The notes: generated by a model not told the origin, from the sequence alone. A DNA stretch of 64,000 bases from a virus (IMGVR_UViG_3300020186_000396:36669-100668), one strand, 5' to 3'; shown: positions 8,853-18,610, counted from the first letter of the stretch. Program-made: numbers and translations.

Positions 8853-9164
8853 GTGAAATCGATCAATTTTGGAAACAATCGTGAAGATCTTGCCCGACTC
8901 ATTGCGAAACACTTTCCAATTCAGATTAAAAGCATCGACTCGATTGTTACCAGGATTCATGAGCAATATCCTACCGTTGACCGTTCAGTGATCTCGACTG
9001 TGGTGGCTTCATTTTTTACCGTGCTACGCACAGAACTTTTGGACGGAAAGCTTATTAACTTCGTTAAGTATTTGCCCTCGATGGGCATTTTCGTTTACGA
9101 AAGAAACAATGCTTTGGTTATAAAACCGAAACTTAAAACTCCCGAATCGCTGAAGGCAAAATGA
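8853..9164 (+). CDS. Divergent HU/IHF-like DNA-binding protein
   Basis: IVTRIHEQYPTVDRSVISTVVASFFTVLRTELLDGKLINF matches the HU/IHF helices; the arm is degenerate; GTG start assumed. Confidence 0.5.
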   Translation: MKSINFGNNREDLARLIAKHFPIQIKSIDSIVTRIHEQYPTVDRSVISTVVASFFTVLRTELLDGKLINFVKYLPSMGIFVYERNNALVIKPKLKTPESLKAK

Positions 9165-9508
9165 AAGAATTAGAACTCGATCTAATCGACGATATTGAAG
9201 ACGACCTTAACGACGATCTCGGCGACGATACGGAAGAACCTGATCTGTTAGAAAACAACGTTGATTTCACTGCGGAGTTACAGGATACGTTTTCAACGAA
9301 TCTTTGTGACGTCATTATAACGTTTCGATATCTTGGTGTGTTTAAAGCCCGAGCAATTGCGTGCATGAAAGAACTCGCGCAACGTCGGGCAAATGGCGAT
9401 ACGTTTGAATTTGAGGAATACATTCAGACTCAGATGAAAACGATGCCGAATATAAACGCCGCCATTCCGAAATATTCTTTGCCGCTTAGCGGATTGTTTA
9501 AGAAATGA
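9161..9508 (+). CDS. Hypothetical protein with acidic N-terminus
   Basis: Coupled 115-aa ORF. Confidence 0.6.
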   Translation: MKELELDLIDDIEDDLNDDLGDDTEEPDLLENNVDFTAELQDTFSTNLCDVIITFRYLGVFKARAIACMKELAQRRANGDTFEFEEYIQTQMKTMPNINAAIPKYSLPLSGLFKK

Positions 9509-9996
9509 ATCAACTTCAAGTCGAAATCATTCGACGCGTATTTCATGATTTTGGAATATCGATCGTCAATGCTAAACCGATTCACGATTTGGTGATGAAC
9601 GACGAAACTCTTTGCAAGTTTACATTGCCGCTGGAGGTAGACGGAACTCCTACTCAAAAACTTATATGGTCCGCGCAGTTAGAGGTTGCGGGCACTTTGG
9701 TGCGAGTCATAATGTCAGATGTGTCAGATGACGACTTTTGTGAGATTGTTCTTGCATTGTCTGCGACAGACCTGCCACTATATGGGATTCGACTTTCCAA
9801 CGATCCGGAAGATGAAGGCATCTTTAGTGTGCGGGCGGGGAATGAATGGGTTCCGGTAACGATTGGGATTCAGGCTAGCGTACTGAGCGGAATCGAAGGG
9901 CTCGACTCAATCGCAATGAATTGGAAGCCCTGCGAAAACACAGAAGATTTACACGAAGCACTTATAAGTTTAATGAACGAGGGAGATGCGGAATGA
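9505..9996 (+). CDS. Hypothetical protein
   Basis: Coupled 163-aa ORF. Confidence 0.6.
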   Translation: MNQLQVEIIRRVFHDFGISIVNAKPIHDLVMNDETLCKFTLPLEVDGTPTQKLIWSAQLEVAGTLVRVIMSDVSDDDFCEIVLALSATDLPLYGIRLSNDPEDEGIFSVRAGNEWVPVTIGIQASVLSGIEGLDSIAMNWKPCENTEDLHEALISLMNEGDAE

Positions 9997-10451
9997 GGGG
10001 AAAAAGCGTTGATATTGATTTCATTTCCGTCTTCGTTGAAGAATGTGTTGCCAAAGAGATGGCAACTCCCTCAGATATTGCTTCTGAGGCCAAGATTCGA
10101 ATCAACAACATTGATCACGAGATTCGACGTATCGAGACGCTTAAGAACGAGCGCTCTAAACTGGTCGACGTGGTCAACAGCTTCGATTCTGTTGATGAGG
10201 AAGCTGAGGACGAAAACAGCGTGTTTGCCACCGATGACTGCCTCTCAGACGACTTCACCAACCAGATTGCCAAATACATCGGCGCGAACCTAGCGGGCGT
10301 TTCGATCAAGCAGATCCTCCTTCAGTTCGGCGGAGACTCTCTGAAAGAGCAGATCTTTTTCTCCGTCAAGAAGCTGGCCGAGAGCGGGCTGACTGTTAGG
10401 AACACAGATCGGAATTTCGTTCCTGGTCCTAAATGGAAGATGTCCGCGTAG
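9993..10451 (+). CDS. Hypothetical protein (coiled coil plus possible winged helix)
   Basis: ATGA-coupled start at 9993; C-terminal VKKLAESGLTVR..FVPGP. Confidence 0.6.
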   Translation: MRGKSVDIDFISVFVEECVAKEMATPSDIASEAKIRINNIDHEIRRIETLKNERSKLVDVVNSFDSVDEEAEDENSVFATDDCLSDDFTNQIAKYIGANLAGVSIKQILLQFGGDSLKEQIFFSVKKLAESGLTVRNTDRNFVPGPKWKMSA

Positions 10452-10467
10452 ACGGTATATGTTACGT

Positions 10468-10632
10468 ATGCTTCCAGATAATATTGACGAACAGATAGCG
10501 AAGTTACGTAAACGCAGAAGCGAGCTTGTTAAACAGATTTGGGATATTGAGAGCGATATCATTTGTTTGAGAGAAATTAAGCTGAAGCACGCAGAAGTCG
10601 AACGACTCAAAGGCGATGTCGAGCAAAAATAA
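10468..10632 (+). CDS. Small coiled-coil protein (54 aa)
   Basis: MLPDNIDEQIAKLRKRRSELVKQ...VEQK, hand-translated; GGTATAT motif lies 7 nt upstream. Confidence 0.6.
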   Translation: MLPDNIDEQIAKLRKRRSELVKQIWDIESDIICLREIKLKHAEVERLKGDVEQK

Positions 10633-10957
10633 AGCCTATGCCAAACTTATTAAACGTTTAGTAAGTATTGATAAGGATAAGTTTTGCCGAATGCTTGCTG
10701 CTAAAACTAATGTACCGTTTGATCATGTGTATGCGATTGTGAATCTATTGCTGGACGAAATGCAGAGAGAGTTTAGGAACGCACATTCTGTGAATGTTGT
10801 TAACTTTGGTAAATTCGAACTGATTCAACAGAAACCTAAAAAGATACTAAATATCAATACTGGTGCTCACCAAGTTGTCGAGCGCACGAAGCGATTGAAG
10901 TTTGTACTAGATCGCGCTCTTTCTTCTTTTATTTCTAAATTCGTAGATATGGAGTGA
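10616..10957 (+). CDS. HU/IHF family DNA-binding protein
   Basis: VNVVNFGKFELIQQKPKKILNINTG..LKF, the HU arm signature. Confidence 0.8.
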   Translation: MSSKNKAYAKLIKRLVSIDKDKFCRMLAAKTNVPFDHVYAIVNLLLDEMQREFRNAHSVNVVNFGKFELIQQKPKKILNINTGAHQVVERTKRLKFVLDRALSSFISKFVDME

Positions 10958-11391
10958 ACATGGGACGTCGCGGACCTCGTCAAGTAGTTTTTGTTTGTAG
11001 CGCTGTTCTGAATAACAAGCTCGTCAGTGAAATGATTGAGCAGGAGACCTCAGATGAGGCGACAAAGCGTTTTGTTGCTAAGCACAACAGTAACCCCGAA
11101 TCGGTATTAGGACCATTCTATCGCAAGCGTACTGGCGTTCTATTGAACAATCAGGCTCAGGTTCGTTTTACAGGGAAGTCTCGCACTGCCGTATTTAACG
11201 AATGGTATGTAAAAGCGATGATTTTGGAGCTTCCGGAAGATTGCGTCTGGGTTTTCTTTGATGCCCGCGTTGACGGTAAGAAGCAGCCGAAACCGCAGTC
11301 TTTCATTATGAAAACTGAGGAAATCACCTTCCTTACTCAGGATGAGGAACTTAAATATAAAGCGATGATTACCGGACAAGTTTCCGTCTAA
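10954..11391 (+). CDS. Hypothetical protein
   Basis: Coupled 145-aa ORF. Confidence 0.6.
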   Translation: MNMGRRGPRQVVFVCSAVLNNKLVSEMIEQETSDEATKRFVAKHNSNPESVLGPFYRKRTGVLLNNQAQVRFTGKSRTAVFNEWYVKAMILELPEDCVWVFFDARVDGKKQPKPQSFIMKTEEITFLTQDEELKYKAMITGQVSV

Positions 11392-11756
11392 TGGAAGATA
11401 TTATGAATAAAACCTTACTTAAAAAAGCGGAATCAATTCTTGAGGATCGCAAAACAAAGATTCTGTCCAAAACAAACATCAGTCTCGATATAGATATTGA
11501 AGGTGATGAGACAGACGAGATTCAGGGTAAAAATATTGCGTTGGTAAACAATCATATTCTTACACGAGATAAAGAGCGATTACACAAGATTGAAAGGGCG
11601 CTTACAAAGATCAAGGGCGGCACATTTGGAGATTGTGAAGACTGCGAAGAACCAATTGAGGAAAAAAGGCTTTTAGCCAATCCTGAATTTAGTATTTGTA
11701 TCTCTTGCGCATCCATGATCGAATTGAGAGCCAAGAGGTCAAGAGGGCATAATTGA
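11391..11756 (+). CDS. DksA/TraR family C4 zinc-finger transcription factor
   Basis: GDETDE coiled-coil tip; ALxKI..GTFGDCEDCEEPIEEKRL.ANP...CISC. Confidence 0.9.
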   Translation: MEDIMNKTLLKKAESILEDRKTKILSKTNISLDIDIEGDETDEIQGKNIALVNNHILTRDKERLHKIERALTKIKGGTFGDCEDCEEPIEEKRLLANPEFSICISCASMIELRAKRSRGHN

Positions 11757-12337
11757 ACACGGTCATAACTGAAAAAACAGCTACTGGAGATATTTCATAC
11801 GATGTATTTTCAAAGTTAACGAACGACCGAATTATATTCCTATCGGATTATATTGATGATGAGGTTGCTACAGATATTGTAGCGACCTTGTTGTATTTGG
11901 ATAGCGTAGATCATACTGCCCAAATATCTATTTATCTTAATTCTGAAGGTGGCGATATTAGAAGTGTTTTCATGGTTTACGATGTTATCCAACTTTTGCG
12001 AGCACCAATTCAGACCATCTGTTTAGGTTCTGCTACGTTTGCGTCTGCAATCATTCTAGCTGCCGGTACTAAGGGCCTGCGTAGTGCTACAAAAAGTTCT
12101 GTCATATGCGTTAGTCAATTATCTTCTGACGGAGTAACGTACGGTGATATGACTGGAATCAGAATATCTTTCGAGCAGATGAAGAAAGATAATAAGAAAT
12201 TGATTGATATCATAGCTAAGCTTACCGGCAAAACCGCTGCTAAGGTCACTAAAGACTGTGAACGAAAATTATTTATGACTCCATTGCAAGCCAAAAAATA
12301 CGGTATCATCGACCGTGTGTTGGAATGGAATAAATGA
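11753..12337 (+). CDS. ClpP-like subunit with catalytic triad absent (ClpR-like)
   Basis: DVFSKL.NDRIIFL, YLNSEGG, YGIID. Triad positions read GSATFAS, VICVSQL and ERKLFM. Confidence 0.85.
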   Translation: MNTVITEKTATGDISYDVFSKLTNDRIIFLSDYIDDEVATDIVATLLYLDSVDHTAQISIYLNSEGGDIRSVFMVYDVIQLLRAPIQTICLGSATFASAIILAAGTKGLRSATKSSVICVSQLSSDGVTYGDMTGIRISFEQMKKDNKKLIDIIAKLTGKTAAKVTKDCERKLFMTPLQAKKYGIIDRVLEWNK

Positions 12338-12930
12338 TTAAAAAACCGATAAAGAAAATGCAAGACCTAGAAGGGCTGAACTCATCATCTAGAAATCTAG
12401 AAATCTATTCAAGGTTAGCTAAGGATCGAATTATATTTCTAACAGAGGATGTTACAAAAGAAACAGGAAGTTCTCTTTCAGCTTTGCTTTTGTATTATGA
12501 CTCAGAGAATCACGATAAAGATATAAAAATTTACATCAACTGCAATGGTGGTGATGCTACAGCTTTATCTAATATCTATGACGTCATGCAAATGATAACT
12601 GCACCTATACAAACCGTATGTCTTGGTAAAGCTTATTCGGCTGCTGCTATTTTGCTTGCAGCTGGCGCTCCAGGTAAAAGGTTTGCCACGAAGCATTCTG
12701 ATATTATGATTCACGGAATACAAGCTCAGTTTCCGTTTACCGATAATGCAGATAAGATCGATTCAGAAATCGAAATGAAGATGCTTCAAGATCATAACGA
12801 TATGATTATGAAGATCCTTGCCAAGCATACAAAGAAAACGTTCAAGCAGGTTGCTAAGGACTGTGAACGAGATTTGTACATGGATGCCAAAGAGGCATTT
12901 GATTATGGGATGATCGACGGTGTGTTATGA
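12334..12930 (+). CDS. clpP: ATP-dependent Clp protease proteolytic subunit
   Basis: YSRLAKDRIIFL, GKAYSAA (Ser), IMIHG (His), ERDLYM (Asp). Confidence 0.9.
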   Translation: MIKKPIKKMQDLEGLNSSSRNLEIYSRLAKDRIIFLTEDVTKETGSSLSALLLYYDSENHDKDIKIYINCNGGDATALSNIYDVMQMITAPIQTVCLGKAYSAAAILLAAGAPGKRFATKHSDIMIHGIQAQFPFTDNADKIDSEIEMKMLQDHNDMIMKILAKHTKKTFKQVAKDCERDLYMDAKEAFDYGMIDGVL

Positions 12931-13286
12931 ACGATGATGAAAGTAGACAAGCAAAAGTTATAAACGTTTTACGGTCTCAGTTAGATCAAATGACCGAAAA
13001 ATATAACAATGAGCGCCTTCGTGCTCTTCGGGCCGATAAGCATCTTAATGATGTCGATCGTATTGCACTGAGAGCGGAGCGACTTCTTCAGAGTTACGCT
13101 TGGTGTAAGCTTGCCAAGAAGCAAACTCCAGATAAGGCTTATTCAAATAGAGAGCCAAGAACGTACGATCAAGAACAGGCTGACGCTTTAGCTAAAAAGA
13201 TTCATGTAGTAATTTCCCATCGTTCAGATGTAGTAGACGAGGAGGGAAATGATGTTTGGTTGGGATCACGTACTAAAAGCCGTTGA
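12927..13286 (+). CDS. Hypothetical protein
   Basis: Coupled 119-aa ORF. Confidence 0.55.
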   Translation: MNDDESRQAKVINVLRSQLDQMTEKYNNERLRALRADKHLNDVDRIALRAERLLQSYAWCKLAKKQTPDKAYSNREPRTYDQEQADALAKKIHVVISHRSDVVDEEGNDVWLGSRTKSR

Positions 13287-13524
13287 TTTTGTTTTACGTC
13301 GAAAAACTATACTAATACCGATTACTATCGAAGACACCGATAGTGCTGCCGAAATAGTTTCTGCTAAAACCATTCTAATGGCAAGACCCGATGAATCACT
13401 TTCTTCTGCTGCTAAAAGAAACGTTGATGAAATTATACGCTTGGATCGCGAGGTCCGACAAATGCGATACGAAATTTTTGAACTCAAAAGAACCAGAACG
13501 AAGAAGAATAAGATCGGTCGCTGA
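13249..13524 (+). CDS. Hypothetical protein
   Basis: 91-aa ORF with GAGGAGGG SD upstream. Confidence 0.55.
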   Translation: MMFGWDHVLKAVDFVLRRKTILIPITIEDTDSAAEIVSAKTILMARPDESLSSAAKRNVDEIIRLDREVRQMRYEIFELKRTRTKKNKIGR

Positions 13525-13683
13525 TCCTTATCGTTCGGCTATGCCGGTTCATAATGACGCACAACATTATTGTACTGTTATGTAGAGGTTAATCATCACG
13601 AACCTGCGCCGATGTTCAATAAGTTGTATTCGCCGTGCCCGTATGGCGCGCCTCGCCCAGGCCCGTTGTGTATCGAGTGTTAT

Positions 13684-13852
13684 CATTCTCCAAAAAGAAT
13701 ACCCTCCCTTTAGGGGGATGAATTTTTGTTCAGAAAAATATAATGCGTTATATAGAGTAGCAATGGGGCTCGGGACGAGCCTTGCGATATCCGGCGAAAT
13801 AAATTCGCCGGATACTTTCAGAAGCCTTGCCCTTTAGGGCGAGGTAGTTCAC
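13684..13852 (+). mobile_element. IS200/IS605-derived mini-element, copy B (left end plus omega-RNA-like right end, tnpB deleted)
   Basis: TTAT|CATTCTCCAAAAAGAATACC..., near-identical to copy C, ending GGTAGTTCAC. Confidence 0.85.
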
Positions 13853-13882
13853 AGACGCTATCAATAAACTATAATAGTATTG

Positions 13883-15229
13883 ATGCCGCCTCCAACTAAA
13901 AAGCGCCCAAGAAAGCCAAATAAGAACAAGGATATTGAGGCTCTCCTTCAATTGAAGGATAGAACAAATGTTCAAACATCGATGTTCATCTGGGATCTTA
14001 TTGCTCTGAAGAAGGGTTTGAATGGTCGCGGTGACGTAGATCATCGCCTTCCACCATCACGAATTCATCAAAAACTGGATGCCAGCATTACCAGCCTCAT
14101 CAGCAAGCTCACTGGTCAGTATAGAGATCTCGCGCAAAATTCTTTACAAATTGTAAAACAGCAAGAGCAGCTGGCGGACACACTTTCTAAGAAAAAATCT
14201 GAGAAAAATAAAAACCAGACAGAGCCTCAAGCAGCTCCAGTGTCTACTCCGGCGGGCCCATCTTCTATGTTCGGTAATTTGGCTCCGGAACAAAAATCCG
14301 CGTCCGAGAACGTTGAATTTGTTACCGAGGCGACCAATCCATTTTCTCGTAGTTGGTACCGCATGAAGGCGCCTTTTACTTCATCGCCAGGTGCGCGTTT
14401 ACTTGAAGGTATTCTTTTTCGCCTTCTTGACCTGAAAAATGAAACGGAAGAGATGCAAGACGCCTGCGTCTCTACCAGCGCAAACGATGTTAATCGCCTG
14501 GTACAATCCAAAGAAAATTTCAATTATCATTTAGCTGCCGTTAACAAACAATATCTTCAGTATGCTAAAGAAACTGGGCAAACACCAAGCGGCGAAAATT
14601 TAGGCAACGAGTACGGGGCTATTCAATCTAAGTTTGACAATTACATGGCAGAGTTCCTGATTGCAAACTCTATAGCTGGTATCAGCGGCTCGTTCAAGCA
14701 TAGGTTTAAAGAGTTAGCAACCGTTTTTAAGAGTTCTCAAAATGATACTGATAGAAACGATATCCTCCAAAAAATGGATATCGTATACAAACAGCTTATA
14801 GCTTACATTAGATCTGAATTTCAGCTCAGTGTAAATAAGCCTTGGTCGACCATTAAAGAAGTTTACAGTTTAGGCCCAGTACCAATTCCTAAAGATATGG
14901 GAATGGCTAGTGATCCGGTATTAACTGGAAACGAAGATCAACTACAAACTCTTGCACATAATATTTTAAGTCGTCTTTTGAAAAAGAAAAGAATGGAACT
15001 TCCATTCTCTGACGCGAACGCTGGTATAAGATTGAAAGTTTTTCAGGTGCTAACAACTACAAGAAAATTGATCATTGACGTGATGAATAAGATTGAAAAG
15101 GGAGAACCAGAAACGCTTGGAAATTATATTCAACAGTTGAAATCCAAGAACGACGAGATAACCCGTTTAGTGACTACTCTTGCGGAATCAGTATCAAAAA
15201 TTAATGTAAAAGAAAAGAAGAAAAAATGA
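13883..15229 (+). CDS. Hypothetical protein, possible virion-internal protein
   Basis: 448-aa helical ORF with two similar segments (EATNPFSR / LAHNILSR). Confidence 0.6.
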   Translation: MPPPTKKRPRKPNKNKDIEALLQLKDRTNVQTSMFIWDLIALKKGLNGRGDVDHRLPPSRIHQKLDASITSLISKLTGQYRDLAQNSLQIVKQQEQLADTLSKKKSEKNKNQTEPQAAPVSTPAGPSSMFGNLAPEQKSASENVEFVTEATNPFSRSWYRMKAPFTSSPGARLLEGILFRLLDLKNETEEMQDACVSTSANDVNRLVQSKENFNYHLAAVNKQYLQYAKETGQTPSGENLGNEYGAIQSKFDNYMAEFLIANSIAGISGSFKHRFKELATVFKSSQNDTDRNDILQKMDIVYKQLIAYIRSEFQLSVNKPWSTIKEVYSLGPVPIPKDMGMASDPVLTGNEDQLQTLAHNILSRLLKKKRMELPFSDANAGIRLKVFQVLTTTRKLIIDVMNKIEKGEPETLGNYIQQLKSKNDEITRLVTTLAESVSKINVKEKKKK

Positions 15230-15417
15230 TTCTATCGCAGGATCCATTAGTTCTAAGGTCACGATTCATAGCGTCACTTCCTAATGATCCTGATATGAGA
15301 TTAAAGTTCAATGACAAACTCATCACTGTGTTTGTTACTAGTCAAGAAAAGGCTAAATTGATACCATCTATTTTTGATAATTTCGTAGTTAGAGTAATTT
15401 GCATATTAGGCCACTGA
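15226..15417 (+). CDS. Small hypothetical protein
   Basis: Coupled 63-aa ORF. Confidence 0.5.
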   Translation: MILSQDPLVLRSRFIASLPNDPDMRLKFNDKLITVFVTSQEKAKLIPSIFDNFVVRVICILGH

Positions 15418-15806
15418 TGAATTTACTTGTTATCGGAGAACGAACATTTCCAACTATACTTGCTATCACACCGATGGAACAAGCTCAAGGGTTAATGTAT
15501 GTTAAAGCTAATCCTCCGATCATGTCGTTTGTATATGATGAACCAGAAATGAATAAGATCTGGATGAAGAATACCTTTGTTCCTCTTGATGTCATCTTCT
15601 GTAGGGCCGGTAAGATCGTTGCAATCTCCAGAGGAGAACCGCACTCTGAGGATCTGTTCGGTCCCGACTATCCAACGGATCTGATAGTAGAGATGCCTGA
15701 AGGAAGTGTGGAAAAGTACGATATCTGCATCGGAAACGACGTAAGACTTAAGTACGACGTCGCTAGTTTCGGCAAAAAGCTGTCCGCAAGATATCTATTG
15801 ACGTAG
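15417..15806 (+). CDS. DUF192 family protein
   Basis: QGLMY..MSFVY..WMKNTFVPLDVIF..VEMPEG. Confidence 0.8.
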   Translation: MNLLVIGERTFPTILAITPMEQAQGLMYVKANPPIMSFVYDEPEMNKIWMKNTFVPLDVIFCRAGKIVAISRGEPHSEDLFGPDYPTDLIVEMPEGSVEKYDICIGNDVRLKYDVASFGKKLSARYLLT

Positions 15807-15864
15807 CAAATTCTTTGAACTTCTTAGGGGTTGCGTGAAGTCAGATAGCTGTTAGGTTAGAGTC

Positions 15865-16917
15865 ATGCTCGATAGCGACTCCCTGATTGAAGCGGTCTCC
15901 AAAAACACTCCCGAGATTGAGGTCCTTAATCGCATTCTCTTCGGTTTAAAGATCCGCGCTAAGTGTACGGCTTATCGCCGCTGCCGCAACATCGACCTAT
16001 ATGACATCGTTCTTGGTGATGGCGCCCGAGTGCGTCAGATTGAGCGCTTCACACAGGAGATCGGTCTTAGCCTTCGTGCCAAGGCTCCGCCGATCGTTCG
16101 CCTCCTCCTTCAGGAGGGTATCGTTCGTCTTCAGGTGATCGCGACCGAGCCTGAGATCGTCGACTTTTGTGCTCGACGCAATGCGCTGCCTATGCCGAAG
16201 GCGTCTCTTCCATTCTATCTTGGAGAGACGCTCGACGACGGACCGCTTTGGCTCGACGTGCATACAGCACCGCACATTTTAGTTGCTGGAACTTCCGGTT
16301 CGGGCAAGAGCACGATCCTGCATTCTATCATCGGTAATGCGTTGTCGAATGATAACGTAGACATCTATCTGATGGATACGAAGAACATCGAATTCTCTTC
16401 GTACGCTGATCTCGAACGATATAACATCAATATCGATACGACGTATCAGGAGTGCCTGGAAACTCTCCAGAAGGTGTACCTCCAGATGGAGGAGACGTAC
16501 GTGATGATGCGCGTGAACGGATTGCCTAGCAATTACTTTGCCAATGCAAACTGTAAACATTCGTACAAGTTAATTGTGATTGATGAATTTGCTGATTTAA
16601 TCATGCAGGATAACAACGACGAGCTTCACGATTTGGTTTGCAAGATTGCTCAGAAAGGCCGCGCCGCTGGAATTCATTTTGTGCTTGCTACACAACGTCC
16701 TTCTGTCGAGATCCTGCGTGGTACAATCAAAGCTAACTTCCCCACTCGCATTTCCTGCCGAGTTGCGTCTCGCGTAGATTCCAATGTTATTATCGACAGC
16801 CCCCAAGCTCACGCTCTACTTGGCAAAGGTGATGCGCTGATTAAGTCAGCTACGCATGACCTTGTTAGATTTCAGGCGGCGTACGCGACTGCCGAAGCAA
16901 ATATCGAGAACACATGA
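15865..16917 (+). CDS. FtsK/SpoIIIE motor-domain ATPase (no membrane or gamma domain)
   Basis: APHILVAGTSGSGKS, IVIDEFADL, GRAAGIHFVLATQRPS, LLGKGDAL. Confidence 0.9.
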   Translation: MLDSDSLIEAVSKNTPEIEVLNRILFGLKIRAKCTAYRRCRNIDLYDIVLGDGARVRQIERFTQEIGLSLRAKAPPIVRLLLQEGIVRLQVIATEPEIVDFCARRNALPMPKASLPFYLGETLDDGPLWLDVHTAPHILVAGTSGSGKSTILHSIIGNALSNDNVDIYLMDTKNIEFSSYADLERYNINIDTTYQECLETLQKVYLQMEETYVMMRVNGLPSNYFANANCKHSYKLIVIDEFADLIMQDNNDELHDLVCKIAQKGRAAGIHFVLATQRPSVEILRGTIKANFPTRISCRVASRVDSNVIIDSPQAHALLGKGDALIKSATHDLVRFQAAYATAEANIENT

Positions 16918-18383
16918 AAGATGTAGTCGAAAAACTAAAAGCCAAAGGTAATTTAGTAAATTACAATGATATCGACGCGGTCATTGTTCGTTTTCTAGAA
17001 GTTAGAAGCGATACCGTTTCTTTTTTCTGTCGTAAAGCTTACAATGATGTGAATCCTGTTTCCCTTGCGGCATTCAAGGAGGTTCTCAAAGAGGACCTCC
17101 GTAATGCTCTCATTTCGTTTATCAACGCAGGCCATGGCATTACGCCGGATGGCGTGCGCAGCTATTTGTCGCTGTGCGTCAAAAGCGCCGCGACCAAGGC
17201 AGCTTCCGAAAACAAACGGACAATTCACATTTGTCCGGGATGTAAATACCTTGGGCGAACTCAATCGGTTGAATACAGAGATAAGTTTTTCATCTGCCAT
17301 ACTTGCCAATCGGATTTGGTATCTGGTGAAGACAAACAACGTCTGAATATGTACAAGACGTTTTCGGTTCATTCCAAAAAGGGATACCGATGTTTGGATT
17401 GCGATCGGTTTATTCCGCAATCGCAAGAAGGCATCACTGTTGTTACATGCCCGTATCCCGATTGTATCTACACTGGAAAAAGCTCTGAACTTGAGCCGAT
17501 GAGGCATCCTTCTATCAAGGGATCTGCTGATTCGATGGAATCGCTTTGTCTTGATTCTCCAGCGATGGGCGGAGGTCAGGACAACTCCTCGATCATGAAG
17601 GACTTGTTAACCGACTCTGGCGCCCGCTCTGGCTCACGCGGCGAACGAATGGGCCAGACTTACGCGCTGAAAGACAGCGTTGTAAGCAGCTCTATGCAGG
17701 TGAAAGAAGATATTCAAACTCAGATGAATATCCTTCTCAAAACGATCGCCGATCAGAAGAGCGCTCTTGCGTATCGTAGTAATGACTCGACTCTTCTTCT
17801 GAAGACACTGATGTACAACGCGTACGAAAACATCATTGCGGCTAACCCCGAAGAGATGATTGCGTATCTCGTGCATGAGAACCGCAATGGTGGTTTTCAG
17901 CATAAGATTTTTCAAGAATTCATCAGCCTGCTCGACAAGAGTTTACCGTTCAAATTCGTTAAGAACGGAAAGCATTTCGAAATCAAGACGTTACTTGATC
18001 CGAGCCTATGTATTTTCCCGGGTGAAAGCGTTTTCACTACGGAGGTTACGAACGAAGCGATCATAGAAAACAAAACTGAAGAGCTATACGTGGGAGCCAG
18101 AAAGGGTTTCTACTGCAAGTCGTATTACATTGGTAAGCTGCTTGATGTAAAGATCGCCGCTACCGATGAAGATGTGACGAAGCACGTTAAAGAATACACA
18201 TTCTTTCGCATTATGTTGAACAAGGGTGCCGTTCCGACAGGAACCAGCGTTCGTGTCCGGCATTTACGCGTTCCTCCGCACTATCAGATGGGTGGGATGG
18301 TTCACCTCAATCGTATTCGGCGCAACATCGTTGACAAGGTTTTCCTGACTCTGAACGGCAAGAAGAGGGAGCCGAAGCGATGA
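16914..18383 (+). CDS. Multi-zinc-ribbon protein, possibly a divergent sigma-like factor
   Basis: CPGC, CHTC, CLDC and CPYPDC motifs; a sigma-region-2-like N-terminus and a SLCLDSP segment. Confidence 0.5.
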   Translation: MKDVVEKLKAKGNLVNYNDIDAVIVRFLEVRSDTVSFFCRKAYNDVNPVSLAAFKEVLKEDLRNALISFINAGHGITPDGVRSYLSLCVKSAATKAASENKRTIHICPGCKYLGRTQSVEYRDKFFICHTCQSDLVSGEDKQRLNMYKTFSVHSKKGYRCLDCDRFIPQSQEGITVVTCPYPDCIYTGKSSELEPMRHPSIKGSADSMESLCLDSPAMGGGQDNSSIMKDLLTDSGARSGSRGERMGQTYALKDSVVSSSMQVKEDIQTQMNILLKTIADQKSALAYRSNDSTLLLKTLMYNAYENIIAANPEEMIAYLVHENRNGGFQHKIFQEFISLLDKSLPFKFVKNGKHFEIKTLLDPSLCIFPGESVFTTEVTNEAIIENKTEELYVGARKGFYCKSYYIGKLLDVKIAATDEDVTKHVKEYTFFRIMLNKGAVPTGTSVRVRHLRVPPHYQMGGMVHLNRIRRNIVDKVFLTLNGKKREPKR

Positions 18384-18610
18384 GCGCATTTACGAATGAA
18401 CTTCTGAAAAAAGCAAACCTCGAACTAGCTAAGCTAAAAGATGTTTTAGCAGACCACGGTATTAATCATTGCTTTTGCGGAGAGTATGAAAAATCTAGTG
18501 AACTCGATGAGGATGGTGAACCGGAACGCAGCGAGTTTGATAGAGGTTGGGTAAAGTATTTCCATCCAAAATGCTATAAAGCTAATGGCGGTATTAAACC
18601 TAAAGATTGA
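18380..18610 (+). CDS. Small hypothetical protein with Cys/His motif
   Basis: HCFCG...FHPKC. Confidence 0.5.
   Translation: MSAFTNELLKKANLELAKLKDVLADHGINHCFCGEYEKSSELDEDGEPERSEFDRGWVKYFHPKCYKANGGIKPKD

Noticed and set aside
13643-13837. ORFs across the mini-elements (also 13748-14044 and 52714-52941)
   Set aside because: They are by-products of the IS remnant; only the last tnpB codons are meaningful.
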